DNA of 64,000 nt from Tubiluchus corallicola (Eukaryota > Animalia > Priapulida), in contig JAQGDQ010000288.1 of the NCBI GenBank assembly GCA_030141605.1, positions 8,621 to 72,620 on the forward strand, written 5' to 3'. A model generated the notes under the pieces. It was not told where the DNA came from, made no database searches, and saw only the letters and a list, made by a program, of their open reading frames with translations. This document shows, piece after piece, positions 1 to 20,200 of the stretch (within the stretch, counting starts at the first letter, position 1; each line of letters begins with the position of its first letter). The translations under genes were made by a program, and so were the position numbers.

Positions 1-262
1 ACGGGACAAGAGGTTCGACAACTGGATTCGGGACGGGACAAGAGGTTCGACAACTGGATTCGGGACGGTACAAGAGGTTCGACAACTGGATTCGGGACGG
101 GACAAGAGGTTCGACAACAGGATTCGGGACGGGACAAGAGGTTCGACAACTGGATTCGGGACGGTACAAGAGGTTCGACAACTGGATTCGGGACGGGACA
201 AGAGGTTCGACAAGTGGATTCGGGACGGGACAAGAGGTTCGACAACTGGATTCGGGACGGGA
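1..262. repeat. 32-bp minisatellite (ACGGGACAAGAGGTTCGACAACTGGATTCGGG), about 8 copies, runs off the left edge
   Basis: Unit restarts at 1, 33, 65 etc. with 1-nt variants and no spacers. Confidence 0.95.
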
Positions 263-916
263 CTGAATGTTCGGAAACGGGTTGGGATCGCGGCGACCTC
301 AATATCAGATAATATCAGGAGCAGTTCACAGCCACGGAGGTTTATTACCTTGCAGCTGCTACTGAGCGCTTGTTTTATTATCATGCTATTGATTAATGGT
401 GTCATTTTAGAGACTGAATGGCTAATTGGCTTAGAATGCGCTTAAGTCTAACAGTCATTAGTGAACCCGATCATTTCAATAATTATGGAATACTACACAG
501 AGAGATACATTGATTAACTCGTATTTCAGATTCGGTATATCTTATTCCCACATTACTAATATACTGAGAAGTCAACATAGAACTTCAATAAGTGTGAGGC
601 ATCTAAAATGCATTTCACGAGAGCTTTGATGACAAAGAAGAGACAGCTATTTATGGATGCGTAAGAAATGCAGACATTGATTTGTTATAAGTAGGGAAAA
701 AGCGCGAGGACAAAAGGACCTAATTATAATCGTTATTTATGTGGAAATAATGGTTATTTTTTATAATTTTTCCCCAATGTTAAAAACTGAACATTGTTTT
801 CGTTCCCAAAGAAATTATTAGTTTTTGTTTCCGTCTGAATAGCTGCAGTGTTTATCTGAAGAAAATCAACAATAAAAAAGTAAAATTTATAAAATAATTA
901 TTAAGCTGAATTTACA

Positions 917-1642
<726 letters not shown>

Positions 1643-2567
1643 ATGAGAACAATATCTACAACGATTTTGATTTATTTCTAACACAATAGACGGTTTCTCT
1701 TCAATTTAGTAAAATAAAATTAGTACTCGAAACGATAACAGATATATAATTTAGAACATACACTGACTAAACGGTTACAATATTACGTAATACAATCATA
1801 CCTATCATACCTACCTAAATATATCAAAAGTATTGAGAATAACACAGCTTGATAACGGTAATCACCTGCATTCTTTTTCCGCAGTAATCTTAATAAAACG
1901 TGACTATGCTCAACAGGTTACTGAACACTTTATAATCATAATCACAGTTTTTCTTAGTTCTCGCTCCATTTCATCTTTCATTCCCTACCCCCCCCCCACT
2001 TTTATGTATATATTATTATTTCAATTATTAATCACTTCTTTAGGATTTCCACGTACAGTTTGGCCTGTCAAGCTATGCTTTTAGGCTCAAACTGTATGCA
2101 TCAAAATTACTCTGTAATGTAATTTGCACATGTATATGCTGCATAAGAATCTCTTTTGTAATTTCTGGATAATATTGCATTTATATTTATATTTACTTCA
2201 GTGAAATTATCTGTATTTTTATTATAACTGTTAGACGCAGAGTGGAAATAAATAAACTTATGACTTATAAACTGGAAGAAATACTTATTTGCGAGAAAAT
2301 TAAGATATTTTTAATAAGGAGCCTCTCGGAGATAACATAGTGCTCGGCAAGCCACTATGCTAACACAACCTATTATATATATTTCAGAGGAAGCCCATTA
2401 AAGACAGGGTAGGTTGCTCAATGAAGGGGTAATTAAGCAGAACGATAAATAATACTATCTATAGACTATTCATTGAGTAAAGCCGTATGTTCATTAGCGA
2501 ACCTTTTTGCTGGGTATAACAAGCAGTGATGCAAACATTGTTGCTGTTTATTTCATACAAGTAGTAC

Positions 2568-2813
2568 CAGGGCCTATTTCAGCCTAAGCGAGGCCCGGGG
2601 AAGTGAGGCGTGTGAGGCCCTCTCGGGGGGGGGGGGGGTTATCGCCCAGAAAATTTTTGAAGTGCTAGAACGCCGGAGAAGGATTTTCGAAGAGAAAATA
2701 TGGAGTTATACAGTTGTTAAAGGAAAGAACAATTGAAAGAAAAACTGCTTTATTCTCAAGACCAGTCCTTAATACTTGTCAATACTGGCAAACGGCGAGC
2801 CTGTGGCAAGAGG

Positions 2814-2872
<59 letters not shown>

Positions 2873-2981
2873 GAGGCAGTATGTTCGCATAAAGCAACAA
2901 AGATGTTACCTTGGTGCGAGGCTCACCTGGAGGGGGAGGCCCCGGGGAAGTATCCCACTTCCCCCCTTGAAATAGGCCCTG
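2568..2981 (+). mobile_element. hAT-like MITE family A, full length, with internal (GA)n
   Basis: 14-bp TIR CAGGGCCTATTTCA/TGAAATAGGCCCTG; perfect 8-bp TSD AGTAGTAC. Confidence 0.92.
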
Positions 2982-3061
2982 AGTAGTACAGAAGGGTGGT
3001 GCCTGTCCGAGAACTTTCTTTGTTGACAGAGGCAGAGAAAATGGACAAATTGCTGCTGCAA

Positions 3062-3460
3062 TCTTCTTCTTCTTCTTCTTCTTCTTCTTCTTCTTCTTCT
3101 TCTTCTTCTTCTTCTTCAATGAATCACGCGCCCAGGGACATGATTCTGCTCATCTCTCTATGCCAGGAATACCTCTCTATTTCTCTGGAAAAATCCCTAC
3201 ACGCTGCAACGCCCCAAGTGGATTTATTTCTAAGGATCAATGCTGAAGTGTTTAAATCTTTCTGTGCAAAATCTAAATATGTTAACATTTGTCCTCCTGC
3301 AGGTTTTTTTAGCTGGTTCTACGGCTTGTTGAAGAGCTATCTTCTCTGGAACATCATCAGGTAGTCTAAGCATATGCCCAATCCATCTTAAATGGTGTCT
3401 TTTTATTTTTCTTGTCCAAGGTTCTTCTTTTATTTTTTTCATATAGATCTTTGTTTGAAT
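3062..3460 (-). mobile_element. 3' end of an RTE/Proto2-like LINE with (GAA)n tail
   Basis: Minus-strand translation KIKRHHLRWIGHMLRLPDDVPEKIAL (RTE-type ORF2 C-terminal WxGHxxR motif); (TTC)n at 3062-3117 is the tail. Confidence 0.8.
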
Positions 3461-3582
3461 CGGAAGTGGTGCTGAAAGCCACTGACTTTAATTTTTTTAA
3501 ATTAAAGTATTTTGTCTTAAATGCTCACCTGCAAATTAGTACAGCAAATCAGAGGATTGGGCAGTAGCGGGTATCTTCGTAG

Positions 3583-4007
3583 CAGGGGCGGAACTAGGGG
3601 GAGCGAGGGGGGTTGGGGCGCCCCCCTGTCAAAATTTGCGCCCCCCTGCAAAATCGGATAAATAATTTTTTTTGCAGTGAAAATTGCAGTTCGCATGTAA
3701 TCATTTTCAATATGAATTAGAATTATGTAAAAAAATGTTTGGTAGCTTCAGTGTATTATATTCTTAAAACTTGTGTGTGATAAATTTCTGTAAATAACAA
3801 TTTAGTTAGAGGCACATTAATAACGTTAGGTTAACTGAGAGTTAATTTTCTCATTACGCCGTCCTACACACACGCTAATTATAGGCCTGCATGCAATATA
3901 AAAGGGGTTAAAAATTGGCTTAACCATTATTTAACCACTTCGGATGCCTCGCCCCCCAGAAAATTTTTGCGACCCCCCCCTGCTTGCCACATATAGTTCC
4001 GGCCCTG
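3583..4007 (+). mobile_element. hAT-like MITE family B, copy 1
   Basis: Termini CAGGGGCGGAACTA/TAGTTCCGGCCCTG; perfect 8-bp TSD CTTCGTAG; inverted homolog at 36369-36808. Confidence 0.92.
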
Positions 4008-4453
4008 CTTCGTAGAGAGAAACAATACGGTTTTGGATCAATAATTTTCATGATATAAAGGATTGTGGACGCTTCAAGTGACTAATTAGATAAAATTTGA
4101 TCCAATTCTGCGTTTTTCGAATGGTACTGTATCACGTAAATCATAGTGTATTTCTCTGGAAGAATCTGTGCTTCAGTGAGAGTCAATGCGTTCACACGGC
4201 AGTTATTCGAACATTTTATTAGGGGAAAAGTTACGACCTTGAGATCCTGCTACTAACTTGTATTGTTCTAGTCATGTCTGTAATCTAATGTGTGTAATTG
4301 TCGAGACTACGTCACTTCCATGAAGTTTTCTCATTACTGTATCATCTGTAGTCCAGCCTGTGATAAAGCACAAGGAAAACCCTCCACTTACATAAAGCGT
4401 AAAAAATTCGTCTCGAATATACCACTTATCTACTACCTTTTCGTATGTATGGA

Positions 4454-4796
4454 CAGGGCCTATTTCAGCCTAAGCGAGGCCCGGGGATGTGGGGCGTGTG
4501 AGGCCCCATCGGGAGGGGGAGCGGTCGTCACCATGGTTGGCGCCCAGAAAATTTTTGAATTGCTAGAACGCCGGAGAAGCATTTTCGAAGAGAAAATATG
4601 GAGTTATACAGTTGTTAAAGGAAAGAACAATTGAAAGAAAAACTGCTTTATTCTCAAGAGAGAGAGAGAAAGAGAGAGGGAGAGAGGAGGCAGTATGTTC
4701 GCATAAAGAAAAAAAATACCTTGGCGCGTGCCCCCCCTGGAGGGTGAGGCTCTGGGGAAGTATCCCCACTTCCCCCCCCCCTTGAAATAGGCCCTG
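4454..4796 (+). mobile_element. hAT-like MITE family A, full length, short GA tract
   Basis: Same TIRs as 2568-2981; degenerate TSD TGTATGGA/TGCATGGC. Confidence 0.9.
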
Positions 4797-5753
4797 TGCA
4801 TGGCTTGCATCGGCCGTAACGCTGTTTAAAACGTGTAAATTTAAACTCCCGCGATTACCGTTAGTCACAAACGGTATGTTAAGTTGAACACATATTTCCC
4901 GTGCACAACGGTCATACTGTAGTTGAAATGACTTTTGGATGCCTTTATTGTATGCAGTTTTTATGCGATTACAACTACAATAAAAAAATACGTACCATAG
5001 AGCTGTACAGTAAAAGTTTGAACAATGCAATATAAAATGTTTCCTTTTTACGTTTACGTTACATTTTGCATCAGTTTCTTTGACCTTACGTAAAACAAAG
5101 CCTGGTACAGATTATGCAAAACAAGGCATCATTGATAAATCTTTAGAGCTGATGTCGACATAGCGCAATCTATTATCTTTCTTCCTACCATTTCCACTAA
5201 CACATCCTTCTACCCTTCCTGTGTGATCTAACCTTTCTCCCAGTTCTTTTTTTGTTCACTCATTCATTCTTTTTTTATCTGGTTCACATGACAGTGGGCT
5301 TATACAAGCCTTTGTTTCTCTAGCCCACTGCAGTACAATTATTCTTTTATGATAACGATAGTGTATGAAACATAACAATTTAATATAGTACATGTAATAA
5401 TTTTAATGTCACTGTGTGCTTAATATCATTATATTGTACTGAATGTAATAATAATAATAATGATAATAATTAAGAATTTAATACAATATGACGTAATAAT
5501 TTTAATGTCAGTGTGTGCTTAATATCATTATATTGTACTAAATGTAATAATAATAAAAATAAAAAAATAAAAAAAGCACATTGTCTACATTTATCACGGT
5601 CATCCCCATTTCCATAATCAAATATGTGGCCAAGATGTTCCCTTTCTTCCACATTTCTTAAATGTAGATTATCTAAATAATGTACTAAATCCACTCAAAA
5701 GAAATAAAGTTTATCGTATATATTAATTATATATAGGCCGAGGGCGGTGCTGG

Positions 5754-6238
5754 CTATGTATAGATAGCCCGTTCAGCGGTGGGTGTCATAGGCGTATTTA
5801 GAATTCGCGAGAGGTGCCACGGGGTCCCGTAACGGGCGTTTTCCCAGATCCAACTCGCGATTTTTTCGAAATTTTGACCAAACAGCATGCGGAAAAAACG
5901 TTCTAGCGGCGCCTGGTGGGACTCTCGGAAGGAGATATATGGCTCTTTAGAAAGAGGAAGAACAGGGCTACACGATGATGTGGGCTATATTTTAGGACAG
6001 GTCCACCAAGAGGAGTGACGACGAGTTAATTACATGTTCTATTTTTGGCAATTTTGGCTTAGAAAACTGCTGACGCAAAGCCATTGCTCTGACGTCATCC
6101 ATTATACTCTGCTTATAACCTTATAACTTTAATACAGTAAAAGCTGCTGCTGGCTTTGCGTTATAAGTGAGGACTGTGTAGGCTGTTCGCGTATTATTGA
6201 TGATAAGTGTATTTATTTTTTTGAGGGGCCTTTGCTAG
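5754..6238 (+). mobile_element. Helitron-like non-autonomous element family D, copy 1
   Basis: Closely similar to 23511-23990 and 11018-11202; all end GGGCCTTTGCTAG followed by T; no TIR or TSD seen. Repeat status is clear; the Helitron class is inferred from the CTAG end. Confidence 0.65.
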
Positions 6239-6373
6239 TATATAAATAAATGTTGCCCGCTTCTAAGTGTCTCATACAAGCTGGTTATGGATAAAATTTT
6301 AGTTTTAATCAAGTAATATAGAATTTTGTCTTCCTATGACAATACATGTGAATAAAATCTTTTTTCTTTGCAG

Positions 6374-13833
<7,460 letters not shown>

Positions 13834-14278
13834 TATGTGGACTACAACAGCGTAGTTGTCTTACAGTAACGAGCAGTATGCCTATCATGTTTCAGTGTGA
13901 CTGATTATGAATATTTAATGGCTGACGATGTTCTTGTCTGCGTCGTAAGTTGATACTCGTTGTTACTTGAGAGTAACCGGGTTACCATCACACCAGTACG
14001 CCAACATACACACTAATTTAGAATTTATATATCAGCGGCCATATTAATTAAATCATAGTTTTTTTTTCCATTTTTTGTGCACAGTTGTAAATATGTTTGA
14101 TTTTATTCGTTGTTACTTTCCATTACTACACAGTAGTTTAGATTGCACTGACGCATTTGCCTTTAGCAGTGTAAGTTTTTATTAACTAACACTGATTGAT
14201 CATCTCTGTAAAGTTTGTATCAGTGATTATCAATGTATTTTAATGGCAAATAAAGATTATATATATATACATATAATT

Positions 14279-14316
14279 AAGTTAGTGTCTGGCTTGATGG
14301 GCTAGTTAATTTTTAG

Positions 14317-14351
<35 letters not shown>

Positions 14352-14712
14352 TAGTATTTGTAAAAGCTTACATCCTGTGAGAAATTAATGTGTTTTTCAG
14401 CCATACTTTTGGCAACATTTTGCTATGAAACACTATGTTAACATTTTCAATGCCATATGCGAAAATGTACTTGTTGCAAATCATAATCTGTCATGTATGT
14501 AATAAAATTTGTAAGTTGTTTAATTCTAGGGTTTAGTATAGCCTTCGCGACATTATGGTGTGACAAAACTACTAAAACGTCAAAATTCAAATAGTGTAAG
14601 AATTTGAGTAGTTGAATCTTGGAATTTCTAATTAGATCGAGTTGTGAACAATTTGTGTGAAGAACAGATTTTAGCTAAAAATTAACTAACCCATTAAGCC
14701 AGACACTAACTT
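14279..14712. mobile_element. MITE with about 40-bp TIRs, superfamily unassigned
   Basis: AAGTTAGTGTCTGGCTTGATGGGCTAGTTAATTTTTAGCTA ... TAGCTAAAAATTAACTAACCCATTAAGCCAGACACTAACTT. Confidence 0.8.
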
Positions 14713-14932
14713 GGGTAAATCTACAAAGTCCTACGCATACCCGGAAAAGACTTTGCGGAGATAGTCGGTTTGATCTAGGCAGGTAGGACTGGCTTTTTCA
14801 GTATGGGATAATGTGAGGCGGACGAAGGGTTGCCCCACCCCACCCTAAAAAAACACAGAGTCTGAAAGCGCATACATCTCTGTCCGTGTCTATTCAAATT
14901 TTGGAAGCGTTTTAAAATTTTATACACCCCCC

Positions 14933-15194
<262 letters not shown>

Positions 15195-15649
15195 TTTAAA
15201 GTACATGATAAAAAAAGTAAAAGATGCACCTGGGGTAATTCAAATCATAACTTCACATAGTGGTTGTACAATAATAACGAATGGCAATGTGTTGATCGAA
15301 ATTGAAGAAGAGACAGATTTGAGTTTTTGTCACTATAGGGATTTGAAATCATGGTTTCGTTGTGGAATGGCTGCTGCAAAAGGGTCACTATGTTTCAGTC
15401 ATTCTTTGACGGACGTTTTATTTTTTTGGATAAGAAGTAAAATATTTAGTTTTTCCCTGTTAATTAGTAGAATTCATGTGCTGGAATCATGGTCACCGAG
15501 TTGGTCATTATTTACATTAATAATTATTATTTCCGTAAAACCTGCAAAACATATTTTGCTAGTTCTCTATTTGCAGTAACTAGTCAAAAGTCTGTATTGC
15601 AAAATGACAGTAACAACTGTGAAAAGTGTTGATAAGAGCTTAGTGTAAT

Positions 15650-15965
15650 ACCTAGGATACTTTAAGTAAGGTGTACTAGTTGACATTTTACAGAAAATGT
15701 TGTTAAATTGTTCATTCCACGATAATGTATTTTGTAACGGGAATTCCGGGGAATTCCCAACAACATTTGACTTGTGCAATTGTTGTTTTTTTCTTGTAAT
15801 GTGTTGTTAATATATGAAAATGAATAAACAAAATTTCTGTTTTGCTCTGCTTCATTTTTAGACTCGAGCAGCGTTAATATTGACAGTCTTGCTCTAAAAC
15901 GTTTTTGTGCTACATTTAAGTTACTTGGCTTACGTAAATTATGGTGTCATCTGCGTATTGGCAGT
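15650..15965 (-). mobile_element. Decayed LINE reverse-transcriptase remnant
   Basis: Minus-strand QYADDTII motif around 15940-15962; boundaries approximate. Confidence 0.5.
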
Positions 15966-16845
15966 GATATCAGAGAATTGTAACATTAATTGCATCAATT
16001 AAAACAATAATAATTATTCGTTATCAACTTTTATTAGTTCTAACTGTCCAAAAGACTGTTTATTAGTGTGTTTGTTTATTTATAGGTATCTTTTAGTGAT
16101 TAAGACATTTATAAATATGTCATTAAAAGCACTTTTTAGTGATCTGAAAGACATGCAGAACACGATAATTAAAACGTTGGAATATCAGTGGAATCAGTAG
16201 ACTAATAAAGAACCTGTTTTTCTGAAAGAAAAAAATGATAAACTATTATGTCATCTATATAAAAATATTCACGAGTCACGAGTACATAAAACTGACAGCA
16301 CACAGCTCCCTTAAGATTTGATTAGGTAAACGTTGTCTATGGCTTGATGTACTGCTCAGGATACTGCCAATGTTGTTGTTAGTGACAATTTTACAGGTAA
16401 GTTACCTTAGTGTGAATACAAAAATTTATAGTATCGTACACATATAAAATCAAAGCTGCACCCTAGGAAAGAAATGACGGATCATAAATAATAATTAGAC
16501 GGGATCAGAGCTGTCACAGTGATGAAAATACGTAGTAATATTCTTATCTATGAGTCTACATAATTATAATATATTTGTTTGGACTGTAAGGCCACTAGTA
16601 GATGGCGACAAAAGTGTTTCATGCGTTTGCCATGCAACATAAGTTCCGTTTCATGAGTATACAAAATGTGAAGAAAATTAATGCATATGATTTTGAGTAA
16701 TTGTTTTTATTTACAAAGAAATTTAGGCTAAAGTGTTTATATATCGCCACGCCGTAGGCCAAAGGGTCACTATTTTGACTTTGATTTTAATATTTATTGT
16801 TAAAGTAAAACTGTGAAGGGTAGAAGACTGCTATTAAGCTAGAAA

Positions 16846-17183
16846 ATGTCTGGGAATGTGATAGTCATTACGGACGATTCTATGTTTCCGGTTGAGTTGG
16901 CAAACGCAGAATCCAAGTTGGTTGTTGTAGATTTCACGGCGAGCTGGTAAGATTGTGTTTTTACATATTACATTTAGTGGGTATCAAATCAAAAATCAAA
17001 ATCAAATCATTTATTTTTCATCCCAATAACAATACAAAGAAAAATAGGTTAAATTAAAAAAGCCAAACAAATGGGAAGGGGTGGCGAAAAAAATTAGTTA
17101 TCGAATCAGCCACCCCAAACCGAGTATTAAATTAGTATTATGCAGTGCTGTAATTACATGTTAATTGTATATAAACTGAAGTA

Positions 17184-17263
<80 letters not shown>

Positions 17264-20200
17264 AACCGTAAATATATGTACTATAGTAATATTAAAAAAA
17301 TATTATAGTATTATATTATAATATTATAGTAATAATATAATATTATAGTAATTTCATTAAATTATGTATTTCACTTGCCTGTGTTTTTCTATACATAAAT
17401 TTTTTTAATTTTTAACTTAAGACAACGAAAATAAAATTAAAATTTGTGTCATACAGGTGTGGGCCATGTCAGCGAATAGCACCAGTATTTAATGAATTTA
17501 GTCGCAAGTACCAGGCAGCAGTGTTTCTGAAAGTTGATGTTGATCAGTGTCAGGTGACGTATATTTGATTGCTAGAAGCTTTTGATGAATGGAGAGATAT
17601 TTTGTTTGATTAATAAAAGTATTTGTTAGGTTAACCTACAGAACTTAACAAATTTGATAAGATTTGGAACATTTCTTAGTAGTATGTCAGTTAATTTGAC
17701 TGGTACTGTTTAGAATTTTACGAACTTTTGTTTTTATTGTGTCTGTTTCAAGCAAGTCATCTGGCATTACAGGTAAGATGTTGCCGGGTTTGTATCTTAT
17801 GAAAAAAGAATCAGTCCTTAATCTGATGAACAATGAATAATTGTAATTTTTGAGAAGAAATTTATACTACACGAACGTAGTACCACACTTTATACCACAC
17901 TTAACCTAGCAGCAACCGAAATAGAGTGGTTAGTTTAGTTTGTGAGATATATTTCAAATTGTAATTTTAGCAAACTGCCGGATCCTATGGCATTCGTGCG
18001 ATGCCAACATTTGTGTTTTTGCGAAACAAAGTTAAGATCGACTCCATGAGCGGTGCCGATCCAAACGCACTAGAAGAGAAGATAAAGAAATGGATTGGAG
18101 GAGAAGATGCTGCTGGTGGCGGTGAGTCAGCTGCTACCTTCCCAGGAGGACATGTAAGATCTGTTAATTAGTGTTATTGCTTTTATTACTTACGGTAACG
18201 AGCGCGATGCTGAATTTATTCATTAGAATCTGAGCCTGGAATCATTAATCATGGAAAGTATTCAAACATCTGATTATTCATTTTGCATAGGGCTGTTATT
18301 ACTGTTTTGTTAGTAGGTATCTTGGGACAGAATGCAATTTGAAAATTGAAATTCTTTAACCTGAAGCTTAAAATAATTGGCTTCGTAAATTTAGTACAAC
18401 ATCTGTTTTGGCTAAAATTTATTTAATTTTGGTTTTGGAACGTTTAAAGCTTTTCAATTTACATATATTTTTATAATGATAAAAATTTTTTCTTTATTAA
18501 AATTTGGTGATATTTGTGATTTTAAAATTCATCTATGCTGTGCAGCGCTTTAGTCAGTGTAAATAGTTTCGTTTAGTTTAGTTTATTTGTTCCAAAGCTA
18601 GTTTACACGAAAATGACAATATTTTATGCAAAATGTACAATATAAAGACATCAAAAATAATCTTAAATTAGATATAGCGTTTATTCATATCTATTTATTC
18701 ATTAAATAGTTTTCGTCAGAGTTAAAAGAGCCTGAATGTGTTCAGTATTTCAGTATTTTGTTCAAAAGAAAAAGAGGTCAAATGTTTTGTAAGCAACACG
18801 AAAAATAGTCATTTTGTAATTTCGTAAAATGTAAATGTTGTAAAATGTCATAAATATTTTACTAATCAAATAATTAAGATCATTATTCGTTTTAGTTCAG
18901 GATTACTGTGTTAACCCTTTCATACCCGTTGTATCCCGTGGGATACGAGAATATTTTCTGCATTTAAAATTAAAACTGACAGTTATTTGATCTGTTAATA
19001 GTTATTTTGATTTAAGCCAGTAACAATAGACTAAAATGGTGATAAAATGGCAAACTAGAAAATCTACATAGCACAAAAAACTGTGCAAGGTACAGTACTT
19101 TAGAGACGACTTTGTACAGATCAGCATAGCATGCATACTAAATGTCTTAAATACTTTAAAAAATTATCAGTAGTTGCAAAATGAAGCACATTTTATGCTT
19201 CCATTGAATCCCAATGTATCCCGTGGCACAGGTAGAAAAAAATTATTATTATGTGTAAACAAGATGGACGTACTGAACAAAAGTACCAAGTCAAAAAATT
19301 TTTTCTTATTAAAAAATAATTTGGGACTGAAAGGGTTAAGTGTATCATTAGCTATGTCTTAATTAAAACTGGACAACTTCGTATGCAAAGTTTACCATGT
19401 TTTTACAGCTGGATTTGAACAGTTTCATTAACAAGGCTGGTTCAGAATGTCTTAACGACTCAGACGATCATCCATTTACAAACTGTTTGAATAGTAATCA
19501 AGGCTACCTGGAATCAGACTGTGATGAACAGGTACACATGCTCTTATATTTCCACTAGACTTAATATTATTTATTTTGATATGATTCACAGAAAATGTGC
19601 ATACAGTTTATACATCAGGCTGAATAAGAGCGAAAATTTTATATGCAAGAACATTTTAAACAGCGATGTAAACTTTACTTCTGTAATTAGATGTCATTGG
19701 CGTAGCTTGTTATATCGTTAATTGTTATTTGTGTTATTGTTATGTTGTTATTGTTATTGCATTTACTTTCATTTTTCATATCTTTTAATGTTAAAAAAAA
19801 TTCATATTTTCGTACAAGTTTAACATCAACAATATTTACGCAGACATTTTACACTTAGAAAAATTCATAATTATTTACAATTAGCAATTACCGAACTCAA
19901 TTATCGGAGCTGATGTTTTCGTAAAGTTAACAAAAGATACACATCAAACTCACAGTTATTTCTTTGGCAATCAGATTGGCATAACATAATTTTTAACAAC
20001 AACATAATTAGCATAGTTCTAAGAAAAGAAGTTGTTCATGGTAGCAACTTCATAGTTTATTAAAGGAAAGAACAAGTCACTCGGTACGTTGGGTTTATTT
20101 TACTGTAGTCGCTTAAACTGTTTGTGGTGTGTTAAAGGAAAGAACAGGTCACTCGGTACGATGGCTTTATTTTACTGTTATCACTTAAACTGTTTGTGGT

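Noticed and set aside
1-262. 32-bp repeats resembling a CRISPR array
   Set aside because: Units are contiguous with no spacers, the context is eukaryotic, and there are no cas genes
530-660. Possible AG...GT exon of the cyclase
   Set aside because: All three frames contain stops and none resembles a cyclase
18122-18127. GTGAGT donor inside TXNL1 exon 3 as the main boundary
   Set aside because: Its phase is incompatible with exon 4; the donor at 18154 preserves frame and homology
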